NCBI GenBank assembly: GCA_012295275.1 | Contig: CM022678.1 | Coordinates: forward strand, 14,756,001 to 14,820,000 | Direction: 5' to 3' | DNA length: 64,000 nucleotides | Source: Chrysomallon squamiferum | Taxonomy: Eukaryota > Animalia > Mollusca | Shown: positions 40,977-54,287 of the stretch, in pieces | Position numbering within the stretch: the first letter of the stretch is position 1 | Layout: each line of letters begins with the position of its first letter | Translations under genes and position numbers: made by a program | Notes under the pieces: generated by a model | The model's input: only the letters and a program-made list of their open reading frames with translations | The model's database searches: none | What the model was told of the DNA's origin: nothing

Positions 40977-41718
40977 TAAAAATATAATAATAATAATAAA
41001 AATAAAAATAAATAATAATTAAAAAAACACATAAAAAAACAACATAAAATGACTCAAATTGTCGAGGACCTGATTATTAGTTCTTAATGTTATGGGATCA
41101 AACTGTGAAAAGGAATCGACAAAAGAAATTTCCAAACCGACAGCTGAGGTGCCATGACCGGCTCTGGATCATTGGAGCATGTCGGCATTGGGCGTATTAT
41201 TTAAAATAAATCACTTTCGTTTGCTTTCCTTCATCATTTCTTTCTTTCTTTATTTGTTTCTTTACTAATTTACTTATTTATTCCTTGTTTTGTTGTTCTC
41301 TCGTATACATACTTCTCTTTGAATATTTAATATCTTGTATGTCTTGTAATAGTCTTAATCGCAGTTACTGTCATACAGTCTTTAATGTATGTTTTGACTA
41401 AAAATTAAAAATGAATCGTGAAACTGAATTATACAAACAATTAATATATTACCGAAGTTTTTGAACTGATTAGATTGTTGTATTATCATATAAAAATTAA
41501 AAGACAGACATCGATAAGATACATATACACAAAGGAGGTACAGATAGATTTATATCACAGTCGTTATAACTTAGGTATTGTTGTTTTATTTTATTTATTT
41601 GTAATACCACTGAAACGAACGTTTAGTGCTAACAACTGCATTGTGGTATAGAATTAGTTCGTTGTTACCTTTTGACTGCACACACCGTCATTCAGGTAAA
41701 AGTGCAATTAACGAGTAC

Positions 41719-41812
41719 CGGGACGTAGATAGATCCTAATTAGTACACATGCAACATTCCCGCAACGTAGAATTCATTTTAGGACCATTTATACAAGTTT
41801 ATCTACGTCCCG
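41719..41812. repeat. Small hairpin/MITE-like element with 13-bp inverted ends
   Basis: CGGGACGTAGATA ... TATCTACGTCCCG. Confidence 0.55.
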
Positions 41813-42445
41813 CTCCAGAACGTAACAATAAATAAATAAATAAATAAATAAATAATGTTTACCATGGATTTACTCCCACCAAGATACGAAATGAGTTGTG
41901 AGTGTTCCAGTGACTGTACAGTGGAGACTTGGAATAATTTAAGAGGTAAGATTTTAAATGGGAAATGGGAAACTTTCTGATTTTCTTTTCAAGATTTGAT
42001 CCGGATTTACGGAAATCAGGTAAACCGAGCTCCGTCATTTACAGAGTGAACAGTAATAAAAATTAAAAATTAGAAACTACATGCTATTGTAATAATATAG
42101 ACTTTAAAAACAAAATCTGTTAAACTTATCTATAAAAATAAGAATAACAACAAAACTTTTTAATTTAGAAAATTATTATTTAAACTTCACAAATGTAAAA
42201 ATATTTTTGAAATATAGCATTATATGTATGTATATATTCTCCAATTGTTCTTTATCTGAAGTATTGTTAGTATTTATTATACAAATGTAACATTCAAAGG
42301 AAAAGCTTCACTGATTTCCTTTCCCCACCACTAATCACAATGTAAATGATTTACACGGTTTACATGATTATGATGTTTCGTAAATATCCTCGTTTTTTTT
42401 CACAGTTTTCATTGTCTTTGTTTTCATCAGTTGTTTTGGTCAGTT

Positions 42446-43073
42446 CGTGGTTTGAGCTGCTTTTCGCTTCATGTCAGCCTTCACGTGATGCTTCTTCCAC
42501 GACCACTACTCAGTGGAAGCTGTCGTAGCCCACGGACGTCTGTGTCCACCCTTGGACGTAACCCACCCGGAGAACCAAAGAAATCCATGTCTACAAGAAC
42601 AAAGAAAATGTTCACTTAATTATTCCTAGTTGCTGGAATAGCTACGTCTAATATAAGTGAAGAGAATGTTTGTGAACTGTAGACAGTCTGTCAACGAGTT
42701 TACTTCCACACCTATGTAGCCATGGCTTCCACGAACGTCTTGTCGCTGACGGGGTCGACGTCCAAGGCTCTTCCTGGCGTATTCTGAAATTCCAAAAACT
42801 GTATTCAAATAGTTTAACCATATTTTCAGTCTACAGTTTGGTACCTGGAACATTAAAAAAAAATAACTGTGATATTCTTTTTCTTTTTCTCGAATAAAAC
42901 CATTCGAAACACTTGTCTACTGGAAGTTACTGGCAGATCCTTTTTGTAATGTAAAGATTTGTAAGAAAGTATACTTTTGCGAGAGTATTTACTAAAATAA
43001 TTAATAAAAATAATGGTCGTGGAAGAAGCATCACGTGAAGGCTGACATGAAGCGAAAAGCAGCTCAAACCACG
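42446..43073. mobile_element. 628-bp element bounded by perfect 60-bp inverted repeats (MITE or Penelope-like pseudo-LTR)
   Basis: 42446-42505 is the exact reverse complement of 43014-43073. A secondary internal inverted repeat is present (CCTTGGACGT / ACGTCCAAGG). No ORF and no clear TSD. Confidence 0.7.
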
Positions 43074-44407
43074 TATTGCATCAACACAACTATTGTTGAT
43101 TATCTATTCTAATGAAAATATAACCTCACTGTGATGAAGAAACTATAACTAAAATATGTTAATGGCATAAAAATAAATTTACTCAAATGTGAATCTCATT
43201 ACTTGCAAATGTAATTAAGAATAATAAGTTAAAAGTAAGCCAAGCAGAATTACAAGGAAACGTGACCGCCCAAAAGCACTATATCTAACAATCTCTAAAC
43301 TAAGGACTGACGACGTCACATAAAAGCGAGGTAAAACCGAAGTTAGCCGCCGTCATTTGCTGTTTCTCCTCGGAAAATCAGAACTGTTTGTCTTTTCTTT
43401 TAATTATACCGTTATAATAATTTATGTTATTATGTATTTTAAGTTATCTTGTCTTAGAAATAGATCTTGTTACGTGCGCGAAAATAAAACGAACACTTTT
43501 GTTAGCTAGGTGTTGTATTATTGTTATAAAGTAATACATAATTAAATATAAATGTCCTTTCTTTTGTTCATACATTCATAACGAATTATTTTCATAAACA
43601 TAACATCGAGTATGATTTTTTGGGTAAATTGTAATTTGTAAGCACAAATTATTTTATCATTTATTATTTATATAGAGAGGTGAATTTGAGAAAAACGACG
43701 CCTGTGCAAATTGTTCCTGTCCAAACATCTTTTTGTAGCTTTACGAAAAAACAAACAAAAAACCCCAATAAAATTTTAAAAAATTAAAAAAAAAAAAAAA
43801 AAAACGGTCAGATGGCACGCGCCACACTTTGCATTTCACCAATCATAAATTAGGTACATATATTTTATTCGTTAATAAAAACAGGTAAACGGGGTGGGGG
43901 AGAAAAGAAAAGTACAATATTTATAATATAAGAATAATAAAAACCATTGAGAAATTCAGGCATATATTTTATTCAAATATTTTCTGTTTCACCGTAAAAT
44001 AATAATACACACAACATATGTAATGTAACAATTAACAATAACTGCATGTAAGTTATAAGCACAATGTATTTACTGATAACAGGTACCTAGTACAATACAA
44101 ATGATTAAATTCATATAACTTAAACTTTTTTTGTATAAGAATTTCAACCTATCAGCCTGTCAAACACTTTTATATTGAAACTTTTAAAATCGTATGGAAA
44201 GAAGAATTGCATTTGGTTTTAACGAAGGATTTTGAGTAACAAACCCACCAACAAAATCCCTGGCAACTTCGCCACAGCAGAACTACATGTCTCTCAGATA
44301 CTAAGGAGGAGTCTATCTATCCGGCAACCACTGTTTGTAGCCTAAGTCCATGGGCTGGACTCGGCAGTGTAGGGAGACAAGTGCACCGAGAGCAATCGAC
44401 GAATACA

Positions 44408-44408
<1 letters not shown>

Positions 44409-44496
<88 letters not shown>

Positions 44497-44555
44497 AAGA
44501 AGAAGAGGAGGAGGAGGAGGAGGAAGAGGAGGGGGAGGAGGAGGGGGGAGGAGGT
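44409..44555. repeat. Compound trinucleotide microsatellite (AAT)n(AAG)n(GAG)n
   Basis: Directly visible. It is preceded by a GC-richer ~180-bp segment that may be a retroelement 3' end. Confidence 0.9.
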
Positions 44556-45783
44556 AGAATGAAAATACTACATTATTAATTCAGTGAGTCTGTAGATGTT
44601 TTATTAATATAATAATTTAATATTACATAATAAATATACTGAAACTCGCACAAATGTGTTTTCAAGCTGAAGATACAAGTGACCTTGACATTGTCAAATT
44701 AAAACTGCATTAACAAGACAAGTGACAGATTATAAGATGAGTTTACCGCATTTTGTTTCTGTATATTAGTTCTTATAAAACTATAGTATAACTCTGTTAT
44801 TGCACTTACAAAATCTACACAGAGGACTAAAATAGACATTTTAATGTTGTTTCTATTATCTTTCACAAAACGAATACAAATACATCTTCTGTTTTATTAT
44901 TATTTAGTCGTTTGGTTGTTTGTTTATTTTTATCCACAGAACATAATCAATATTTTTCTATTATTATTGACCGTTTCCTCAAATCTGAAATAAAGATTCG
45001 GATGTTATTTTATATTAACGATAATAGCTGCTTAATCATGCATTTCTGATACGAATATTATCATTTGCAAAATGTGACCTCTGTTTATTTATACTGAAGG
45101 GGTTATTATTATCTTCTTGAGGTAGAAATATAAGTATATATCTGTATATATGTGATTATATGATTGTTAATAATAATTAAAACACTTATTTATTCTTCTT
45201 TATCTTCTTCTTCTTATTATTATTAAACATCATCATCGTCGTCGTAAAACATTTTTTTATATATATATTTAAAAAACAAAAGTTTCTTTGTTGAGTTATT
45301 AGGTTTGTGTAAGAAAAATGAAAACAAATTTAATATCACCAGTATCCCAATTAGATCTTCATACTTTTCTATTTAACATTATACTATTGCAAAAATAATT
45401 AAAAACAATTATTAAAAAAGGAAAAGAACAGCTTTTTCTACAGAGATTAAATTATAATAATAATAATAAAAAATAAGAGATGAGTACTGAATCTTGGAAA
45501 CTGAAAGCATAAATGAATTTAAGTACTGCATCTCTCTTCGCTTGCTAAACTGAATAATAATCAAAGTCCTCTTTCTTTATTCTTTTTCCCATAGTGTATA
45601 AATCTTCTGTATCTCAAACATTTATTTTCTTTCTCTTTCCTTTCCGTTTAATGTATAATGGAAAAAAATGTCTATGCATACGTATACAGAAAATTCTGTA
45701 TTTAATCATCACTAGCACTGCACTGATAAAAAATGTCTGAACTCATCCTACGAATAACACTTTCCGTAATGTCACAAATTAAA

Positions 45784-46730
45784 TTAATGTTTTCCATTTT
45801 TGTGTGATTTTTGTGCCATTTCAATTTTTTTTCTTTGAACGTCAGGATAATTAAAAATTCTAACAATTGCTCTCAAATGATCGTCAGAATCTTTTCCGCC
45901 AGTTACATAATGAAAGAAGGAATCTTTGAGAAATCTGAGAATTGTGTCTGCTTCTGTTTCCGGTTTGTTTGCGTCTGTGTATATTTCCTCTCGTTTCAGT
46001 GACTGCCATCGCGCCAGTTCCGACTGCGTTCTGCTCAGTTTCCGTACAACTTCTCGAACCGACACTCGCGGGTTCTTTGACGACGTGGCCAGCATTTCTA
46101 ACTGAATATAACAATAATTTGCAAAATTAAAACATAATGTATATATATATTTTATTATTATTATTATTTTTTTAAATTTACTTTTCATAATTTGATGATG
46201 AAAATGATGATGATAATGATAAAGATGAAAATGTCGATGATTATAATAATGAAGAAGAAGAAAAAGACCAACAACAACAACAGAAACATAGTCAGGTAGA
46301 GTAGATTTTCGGGGGTTATCTCCACTTGAGCCCAGTCTATTCAGTGAAACTTTACTGACACAGATTTGCCAACTCTGGCAGGTTTCTTTGATGTAAACTT
46401 TCTTACATTTTAATTTATTGATTTACAGTTTATAAACAGCCGAACTGTGAATGTACTAATTTAAATTTATTATGAATTTTTTCACGGGGTCTTTGGAGGT
46501 GTGTGGTGTGATTTACGGATAGTAGCTGTGCAAGTTACTGTAACAGACTGTAGAGAAACAATGTTATTGAAACTAATATTCACCTCTTCATCGCGTTCAA
46601 ACCTAGCAGATTCTTGCCCTTTCTTATACATTTCAAAATACATCTGCTGATGTTTCACTTGTTGCTGGGCATTTGTTTCCTAAAATCATAAATTAGTAAA
46701 CAGTATATATGGCACAGATACAGATAGTCA

Positions 46731-46791
<61 letters not shown>

Positions 46792-46952
46792 CAGTACAGT
46801 TATTGCTTATAAATATGTATTTATATAATTTAAATTAAAATTTACATTCAGTGTAATTAAAAACAGTTAGTAGGCTTTATTCCAAATGATAAATTCAAAT
46901 TTTAATCACATTTTAAAATGTAAGGCATAAGTTTTTGATAACTTTATTTATT

Positions 46953-46987
<35 letters not shown>

Positions 46988-48014
46988 GATTATTATTATT
47001 TCTAAATATTTACAAGATGTTTAATATGTACTCCGTGTGTTTAGAATGATGCACATTAAAATGGAATTATTTTTCAACTCGCCGTTCTTCGGCAAATCAG
47101 TTTTTCAGTGGAAATTTATCCGATTATTTATAAACGTGCATGAATTAATGAAAAAAATACATCAGAAATTTTACCCGTAATTCTTCGAGTGCTTTTTGCA
47201 ACATGTCAATAGTCTTCACTGATTCTTCACAGGAATTTGTTAGTTCATTGCATTTGTCTTGAGTAATTCGTAGATTTTCTTCCAGCCGTTTTATTTCAGC
47301 GTTTTTAATTTCTAACGTGAGATGTCGTTCTTGACCCAGAGCCGACTTCAGCTGCTCTATTTCTGTTTCTTTCTCACTGTTCTGAATCGTAAGTTCCTTC
47401 AACTTTTTCTTGAGATTCTTGATAAGCTGGTCCTTGCGCTGGGTTGGGGTGAGGTACTCCTCACTCTCGTCTACGTTGTGGTCGTGGTCGGAGTGATGTT
47501 TTTCAAAACGCATACGACTCGTAATGGTCTCTTTAGCAACCTGGGGCAGATTGCTCCACAGTTCAGACACGCTTTGACTTCTGGGAATGTACTCGGATTT
47601 GTAACGTGTTTCTGGAAATGACTTGAGTTGGAGATTTTTGTTTTGTTCATCACAAGTCACAGAGCAGTTGCTGTTGGAGTCGTTCAAAGAGCTTTGTTTC
47701 TTTACAGGCAAACGTGATCGACGTCGTCGTCGGTGAGTATCTGTTCCGTTTACGTTAATTCCCGTTAACTCGTCCGTTTCAAGACTGTCTGTGTAACTCG
47801 AGTTTGAGCGACTGCGAGTCTCACTCTGTGGCAGACAGTTTACCGCAGAACTAGTCAGTTCGCATGCACTGGAAGGTCCCGGTTCGTTCATCGTCGTAGA
47901 ATAGTATTTCTCTAATTTCCCCTGTGTGGCGTTCTCCCCATTTTCACGTTCGTTTTCGTTTGTTTCAGAAGCAGCGGCCGAGCCATGAAACAAGAAGCTG
48001 TTTAAATTGATCAT
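45784..48014 (-). CDS. qtc: Coiled-coil protein with C-terminal GRIP domain, quick-to-court (qtc)-like, about 417 aa
   Basis: Exons 48014-47175, 46679-46584 and 46101-45784 (phase 0, GT-AG). Ser-rich N-terminus, YLTPTQRKDQLIKNLK coiled coil, MYFEMYKKGQESARFE motif, and GRIP-like ILRFLKDSFFHYVT..DHLRAIVRIFNYPDVQRKKI. The start codon is uncertain (48014 or the MNEPGP ATG near 47891). Confidence 0.8.
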
Positions 48015-48879
48015 GAGCTGGCTGTAGCATTACTGTCGTCTTGGTAACGCGCTGTTCATTGTTCATCTGTAATAAAATAACAGTTATGTAACAGTTTATG
48101 TAAAATACGCGTAATTGCAATACACATTATAGAACACAGCCTACAAATATCACAACAGGCCTAACTAAAAAGGGATAATGATAATAAAATATATCAAATA
48201 CACACACAGAATTAGCGTAATTATATATCACTGCAACTGAAAGTTAAACGTTCTATTTAGAAACAGCATACATTTAAATTGATTTGCAGTGTAGATAGAA
48301 ATTTTAAATATACTTCGAGAACAAAGTTGTATTATTTAGCTAGTAAACATCTCGCGTTTTGCCAATCAATAACAAACAATAGACCTTTATTCTCTAACCA
48401 ATAACATTCGTCCCATCTGTGCACTCACTGCATTTCTGTATGTAGTTGTCATTATTTCCGTCTAGATGGTCATTATTTCTAAATTAAAGACATGTGCTGC
48501 ATTGTTTAGTGACGTGGGTGCAGCCAGGGGTTCAAGAAGTCATCACATTTTAAATATAAAATTAACTGATGTTGATTTCTGGTTAGGCTGAACATAGATT
48601 ATTTCTTTATACGTTTTCAAAGTACTCTAGAACAGTTATAAATAGCTCTCTCTCTCTAAATATATATTATATATATACACATACACACACTCACATTTAG
48701 ACCGAAATATATGGAAACACACTGATATGTGTGTGTATCCGGAGTAATAATAGTACTAATTATTATTATTATTATTTAGTTATGCGTTAAGGTGTATGTG
48801 TTCGTTATTATATGCTTTTTTTATGTGTATTTTTGCCTGTTTGTGAGTCTTATATGCTTAACATTTTTATTAGAGTAAT

Positions 48880-48985
48880 CGTCTCTAAAAGTCATTTTAT
48901 ATGAAACAAAACTGGTAAAATAATCTAGATTTGTTATAGATTAGTTTACCAATTTTGTTTCATATAAAGTGATTTTTTAGAGACG
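48880..48985. repeat. Imperfect fold-back inverted repeat, ~48-bp arms, next to (AT)n
   Basis: 48880-48927 matches the reverse complement of 48937-48985 with about 5 differences. Confidence 0.85.
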
Positions 48986-49199
48986 GTTTTAAAGATATAT
49001 ATATATATATATATATATGGATCAGATTAATTATTACAAATTGTTCTTTTTTTCAACACAGTGAATATAAAATTATTATTTACAGTAATGCATGGTCAAG
49101 CATGAAGAAATCCATTATATAATATTATATATAAATAGTGTCACTTCTAATCTATTTAAACATCATAATGTACAAGCTAATAAAATAAAGTATTTAATA

Positions 49200-49375
49200 T
49201 AAGTTTTAAAATGAACGTATACTATGCAACCTATAAAAATAACATACACAAGTGATTAAAAAGAAGGTTTCCAATACAAGCTATAAAAACAACAACGTAT
49301 ACAACCTATTAAAAAGAAGGTACACAAAAAAGCTATTAAGAAGAACGTATGCAAGTTATTAAAATGAACGTATTA
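49200..49375. repeat. Degenerate ~26-30-bp minisatellite
   Basis: Recurring AAGAACGTATACAAGCTATTAAAA-like units. Confidence 0.55.
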
Positions 49376-49872
49376 AGTCGGATTCTGATTTGCTTAAATT
49401 CAGCTTTTTTTCTTCATTTTAAACTTTTACTAATAACTTTTTTCCAGGTAAAACAATTCTGATTTTGCCACAAATGATGGTGATATCTTTTTCAGGCCAG
49501 TAAGTATAAAGTCTAAATTTGACAATTCAGTGGCAGTAGAAAATAAAACAAAATAAAAAAGCAGGCGTCTTTAAATGTAAATGTAGTATTTAATAAATCT
49601 GTTTTATTTTGAAGTGGTTCTTTTCGTGATCGATTTTAGTGAATCGGGAGATGTATAATAATAACAAAAACAACAACAACGACGACGACAACAATAACAT
49701 TTAGAATAATAAAAATAATAAATAGGATTATGGTAACAGTAATAATGATAGTGACTATAACAACAACATCAGCAACACCAACACCAACAGCTCCACCTAC
49801 ACCTACACCAACACCAACACCGACACCGACACTAATAATAATAACAACAACTACAATAATATTAATTGTACT

Positions 49873-50240
49873 GTTAAAACTATTTCTATATAGGCAGGTC
49901 TGGCAGAACAGTTAACCTAGATGGGTGTGGATTAGGGCGGTTCTAATTCTAAACTAACGAAGATTAAGTTTCGGGGACCCAGGAGGGACCCCAGAAGCTA
50001 TGTTAGTCCACATGTAAGACGCCGTGGTTAAATTCTTCAAAGATTTATGGTGATCTGTCTTGGAAGAAGCCCAATGACGAAGAAAACGGTGGTTGCACAA
50101 TCCTTGTTGTTGTTTGCGAAGGGTCCCAGTAACACTTCAAGATTCAGCCCCCAAAATATAGATCTACAACTGGTGTGGAGGAACATAGGGGTTAATGTCG
50201 TATTTAGAAGGGTGGCGGCAGTCGCTTCATCCATTGGTAA
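49873..50240 (-). mobile_element. Probable CR1/L2-type LINE 3' fragment ending in a trinucleotide microsatellite tail
   Basis: Minus-strand frames give INPYVPPHQL../RSIFWGLNLEV..TVFFVIGLLPRQI (L2/CR1 ORF2 C-terminus-like) and WTNIASGVPPGS (RT SGVPQGS-like). It is followed by simple repeats at 49654-49860. Confidence 0.4.
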
Positions 50241-52033
50241 CTGACAGTCTTGTTATTATAGAGTAGGTAAATGTCCTGTTGCATTAATAAATGGTAACTG
50301 ATAATGCAAATTATATATGCATGTTTTGCACATCCCCTAAAAGTTCTGATTAGTCCCTTGCTTTATTTTAAAACATAAATGCACTATTTTATTTACTTGT
50401 CAATTTAAACAAATCTTAAAATAATTTAATGTCGACTTTTGTAAAGACGCAGTAAAATTAGATTGAAAAATTAATATTTTCTGCACAAAGCTTTGTACAA
50501 TTCATATACAGTTATAGTAAGGTGTTTATATTTTACTATTTTAAATATGACGTGAAATGTATAATAGAAATAAATAAATAAATAATAAAATATCTACATC
50601 TAAACAAAATATTTTATATTAAACTTCTACAACTAAATAGATGTCTAAAAAAAGAAAATGTTATATATAATCATGTATGCATCTATGTATGTATGAAATA
50701 AACCTATACACTTTTTATTATTATTTTATGTTCATGATATTTTCACTTTTTAAATTTTTTTTTAATGTAACAAAAAACAAACAAAAAAATCGATAAATGA
50801 GTTGCACAGCATTGCCTCATTTTATATATATATATCAAAAAAGCACATTTATCAAAACATTGTGTTCACCGAAAAAAAAAAAAAAGAAGGTTTTTCTAAC
50901 CTCTAACGCCACTGACTGTATGTATGTATGTACGATATACTAGTAGTATTAATATACTCACAAGCAAATTCTGATTTGAATCAGCTTCGAGCTCAAAGAT
51001 ATTCAGTGCGACTCGTAAGTGAACAATTACATGTATATCTAGAGTGTGACATATGTATTTAGTTTAACTTCTGTCAACGTGGTGATACCGCAATGCGCAT
51101 GACCAGTTTGCACACAAGAATACAAAAATCGATATTGTTTTCTGTGTTTCACCTTCAGCAGTGGTGATGAAATCTGAAATCGTTTATTAAGAAAACACTT
51201 TAAGAACAACAATGTTTTGTATACAGTTTTGAGTGAACAATGACAAGAAGAAGGAAAACAACAAGAACAATAAGAACAACAACAACAACAACAATAATAA
51301 TAATAATAATAATAATAGTATGGTGCCGGTAAACATAATTTAATGAGTTTATTTCTTCTTCTTTTTTCCCTTTTATTTAGTTTGCTTTTTCTTTTCTTTG
51401 TTTCTTATGTTATTTTTTGTTCAAGGAAAAAAAAAAAAAAAAAAAAAATAAAGAAATAAGAAAATCAAAGTGAAAAAGAAAAATATTATAAATTTTTTCA
51501 CAATTATCTCTTATTCATTCCTACAACGATTTATATACATTACATTAAAAGCCGGAAAAATTCCATAGCTTATGACTGTGAAACATAAATTAGAATTCTT
51601 GACTTTATTTATTGCAATGTTTTTAATTTAGTGTAGTTTATATGTGTTTTGGGGACTGAGTTAGATGTTATTATTATTAAGATTATGATTATGATTATTA
51701 TTATTTTAAAAGACAATCTATTTTTTTTATAAATAATTTTTTATAACATTTTTTAACATATATTTCACTTGTAGAATTAAATTAAAAAAATGTTCTGTTT
51801 AATACTTTACATTTTATTATTACTTTATTTATTTTTATTATACATATTACATCGTTTTTCAAATGATAATACAGAAACATCTTACTAATTGTGTAAAAAT
51901 TGTACACAGCTTGGTAGAGAAAAATTTAATTTTCAAATCTGATTTTTACCACGTCATTGCTAAATTTTACATTAAATTGGTTTTAATAGTTCAATTATAA
52001 AATGTGTATTTTATGTAAACAGTAAATTCACTT

Positions 52034-53399
52034 TTAACGAATGTTAGAAGAGTTAATGAGATGGGTGGTGTTGTATACCGATTCAGTGTCAGGCTCCACT
52101 GGTGTGGTGCACAAGAGAAGAATGTCATTTAGGTGGCGGTCAGAGAGTTGCGAGCGGAGGCGATACTTTGTATATTGCATTTTCGAGAACAGTTGTTCAC
52201 AGCAAAATGTACTTCCGAACATAGCTACAATGCGCTGAACATTGCCTATCTACCAACTCCATCTGCAAGGAAGCTGAAGAATCATCGACTGGGATTTCAA
52301 AAGGGGCACTGCAGAAAGCCATTTTGAATTTGTAACATTATCAGCATCTTCTCGTGATGAAAGGTGAACATTTCTTGATGCAGGTCCCACACACGAGACA
52401 GCATGGATCGATGACTCAGCCAGCGCACTTCAGAAAAGTAGAGCAGGTCACCGTAGTTTGCATTCACTTCATCCATCAGTACCTGGAATTGGCGATGTTT
52501 CAGTCTGTGAGAAAGTATGGAACTGACAACCTTCACTACAACTGACATGTCATTAACGAAATTTCCAATCATTGCCGGTGCACCATCAGTTGTTATTCTT
52601 ACAAGATGGAAGAGATCAAGGGAGTGATGCTCCACACGCTGAAGTAAAGCCCTGAACATGACTTTTCCACTGGTGGTGCCATATGTTGAAACAATCTCCA
52701 CGAACTCTTCACGCACCTCGAGGGCAGAAGTGACACCACGTATGAAAACAGCCAGTTGGGATGTCTTTCATATCAGTGCTCTCATCAAGAATAAGAGGGA
52801 AAGCGACAAAGGTCGAGCACTTATTCTTTAATGAGTCTTGCACACTGTCTGACATCTCCTCAACATGACGAGAATAGTACGAGATGACAGATACATATTC
52901 TCCTCGATATTCTGGGCAGACAAAATTCACCACAGTCATGAGACACTCTTTAACAAAGTCTTCAGAAATGGCTTCATCCGTTGGAAAGGAGTAGTGAAAC
53001 TTCGTAACTGGCTCGTGTGACTTTTTCATGCCGAGATTTCTGTTTACCAAGCATCAAAGTGCCCTCGTAGAGATTGCCTGACAGTTTTGTGATGGCAGAA
53101 GTTAGCTTGGTTCAATTCGCCCGTGTGTGTAATTGAGACAGGATGCATATTTTGAACTGAGCGAAGCAAGCAGCCATTCAGAATTCGGATGCAGGCACTA
53201 TCGATTGGAAGAGCGCCTTCGAGACGCCTTAAATTTTAAACTTTCGTGCGACTTGAATAAAAAGTAGCTGTGTCAACTGACTTTATTTCATTGACTTTTA
53301 TTTTGCTGTCTCGCAGACCTGACGGATGGCAATGTTAATTGGTAACAGTTTGGCGGGCCAGACAATAAACCTTCGCGGGCCGGAATTTACCCGCCCCTG
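52034..53399 (-). mobile_element. hAT-Charlie (GTF2IRD2/SPIN-like) transposon remnant, frameshifted transposase
   Basis: ORFs 52709-53050 (ILDESTDMKD), 52297-52716 (ITTDGAPAMIG, HRQFQVLMDEVNANYGDLLYFSEVRWLS) and 52034-52222 (FGSTFCCEQLFSKM..RSQLSDRHL). Terminus CAGGGGCGGGTAAATTCCGGCCCGC starts at 53399. Confidence 0.9.
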
Positions 53400-53607
53400 A
53401 CCTACTGTGTAATTGATTCCGTGATTGTCAATCACAAACTGATCGAGAGACCGCCCCCTTCGTCACCTTTGACTACATCACTAACCCCCTGTATTCGTTC
53501 ACACCCATCTAGGTTAATATTCTGCCAGACCAGACAATATAGTAGCAGTTTAACAATACACTTATTATTATTTTAAAAATCAGTTCTATTTCTCTCTCTC
53601 TGTGTCT

Positions 53608-53649
<42 letters not shown>

Positions 53650-54201
53650 GTATGTATATTAAAATAAATAATTTTCGTCTTTTATCACTTTACAAACTTT
53701 AATTTAGGTACAAATACATTAAATTAATTGTATCACAAGAATACTAATAATTACATTGAACAGTTTATCGCTGTATTCGTGTCTAAGTCACCCTACTGCT
53801 TTTTCACACTTGTAACACATTCCAGTCATATGAGTAACTGTAGTTCAAGTGATGAAAATGTATTATGGATTAATGGATTAGAACAGTATGTTCATATAGA
53901 AATGCATTATAAAACATAAAACTTAAATTGTGACCAAAACCCATCTTAATAGTCAAATATTGTTTTTTTGTTGTTTTATTTTTTGTCTAATATTTTTTCA
54001 TTTAAAAAATTCTAAAATCATTAACAATCTCATTTGCAAGTATAACTGTTTATAACTGTATGTAAGAACTGTTTTAAAGAGTTTTGCATAAACGTCAGGC
54101 ATATGTAGATGTAAATCACTTAAGCGTAGCAACACACGAACTCCAGTTAATAGAAAAATACATTGATATATTGAAATTAATATATGTAAAGGATTGAAAA
54201 G

Positions 54202-54287
<86 letters not shown>

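Noticed and set aside
41040-41200. Possible LINE C-terminal fragment
   Set aside because: Too short and degenerate to assign.
47322-47653. ORFs overlapping real exons (also 10999, 11096, 17659, 22111, 45811-46130, 56724, 58062, 58686)
   Set aside because: They are antisense or alternative-frame shadows of coding exons.
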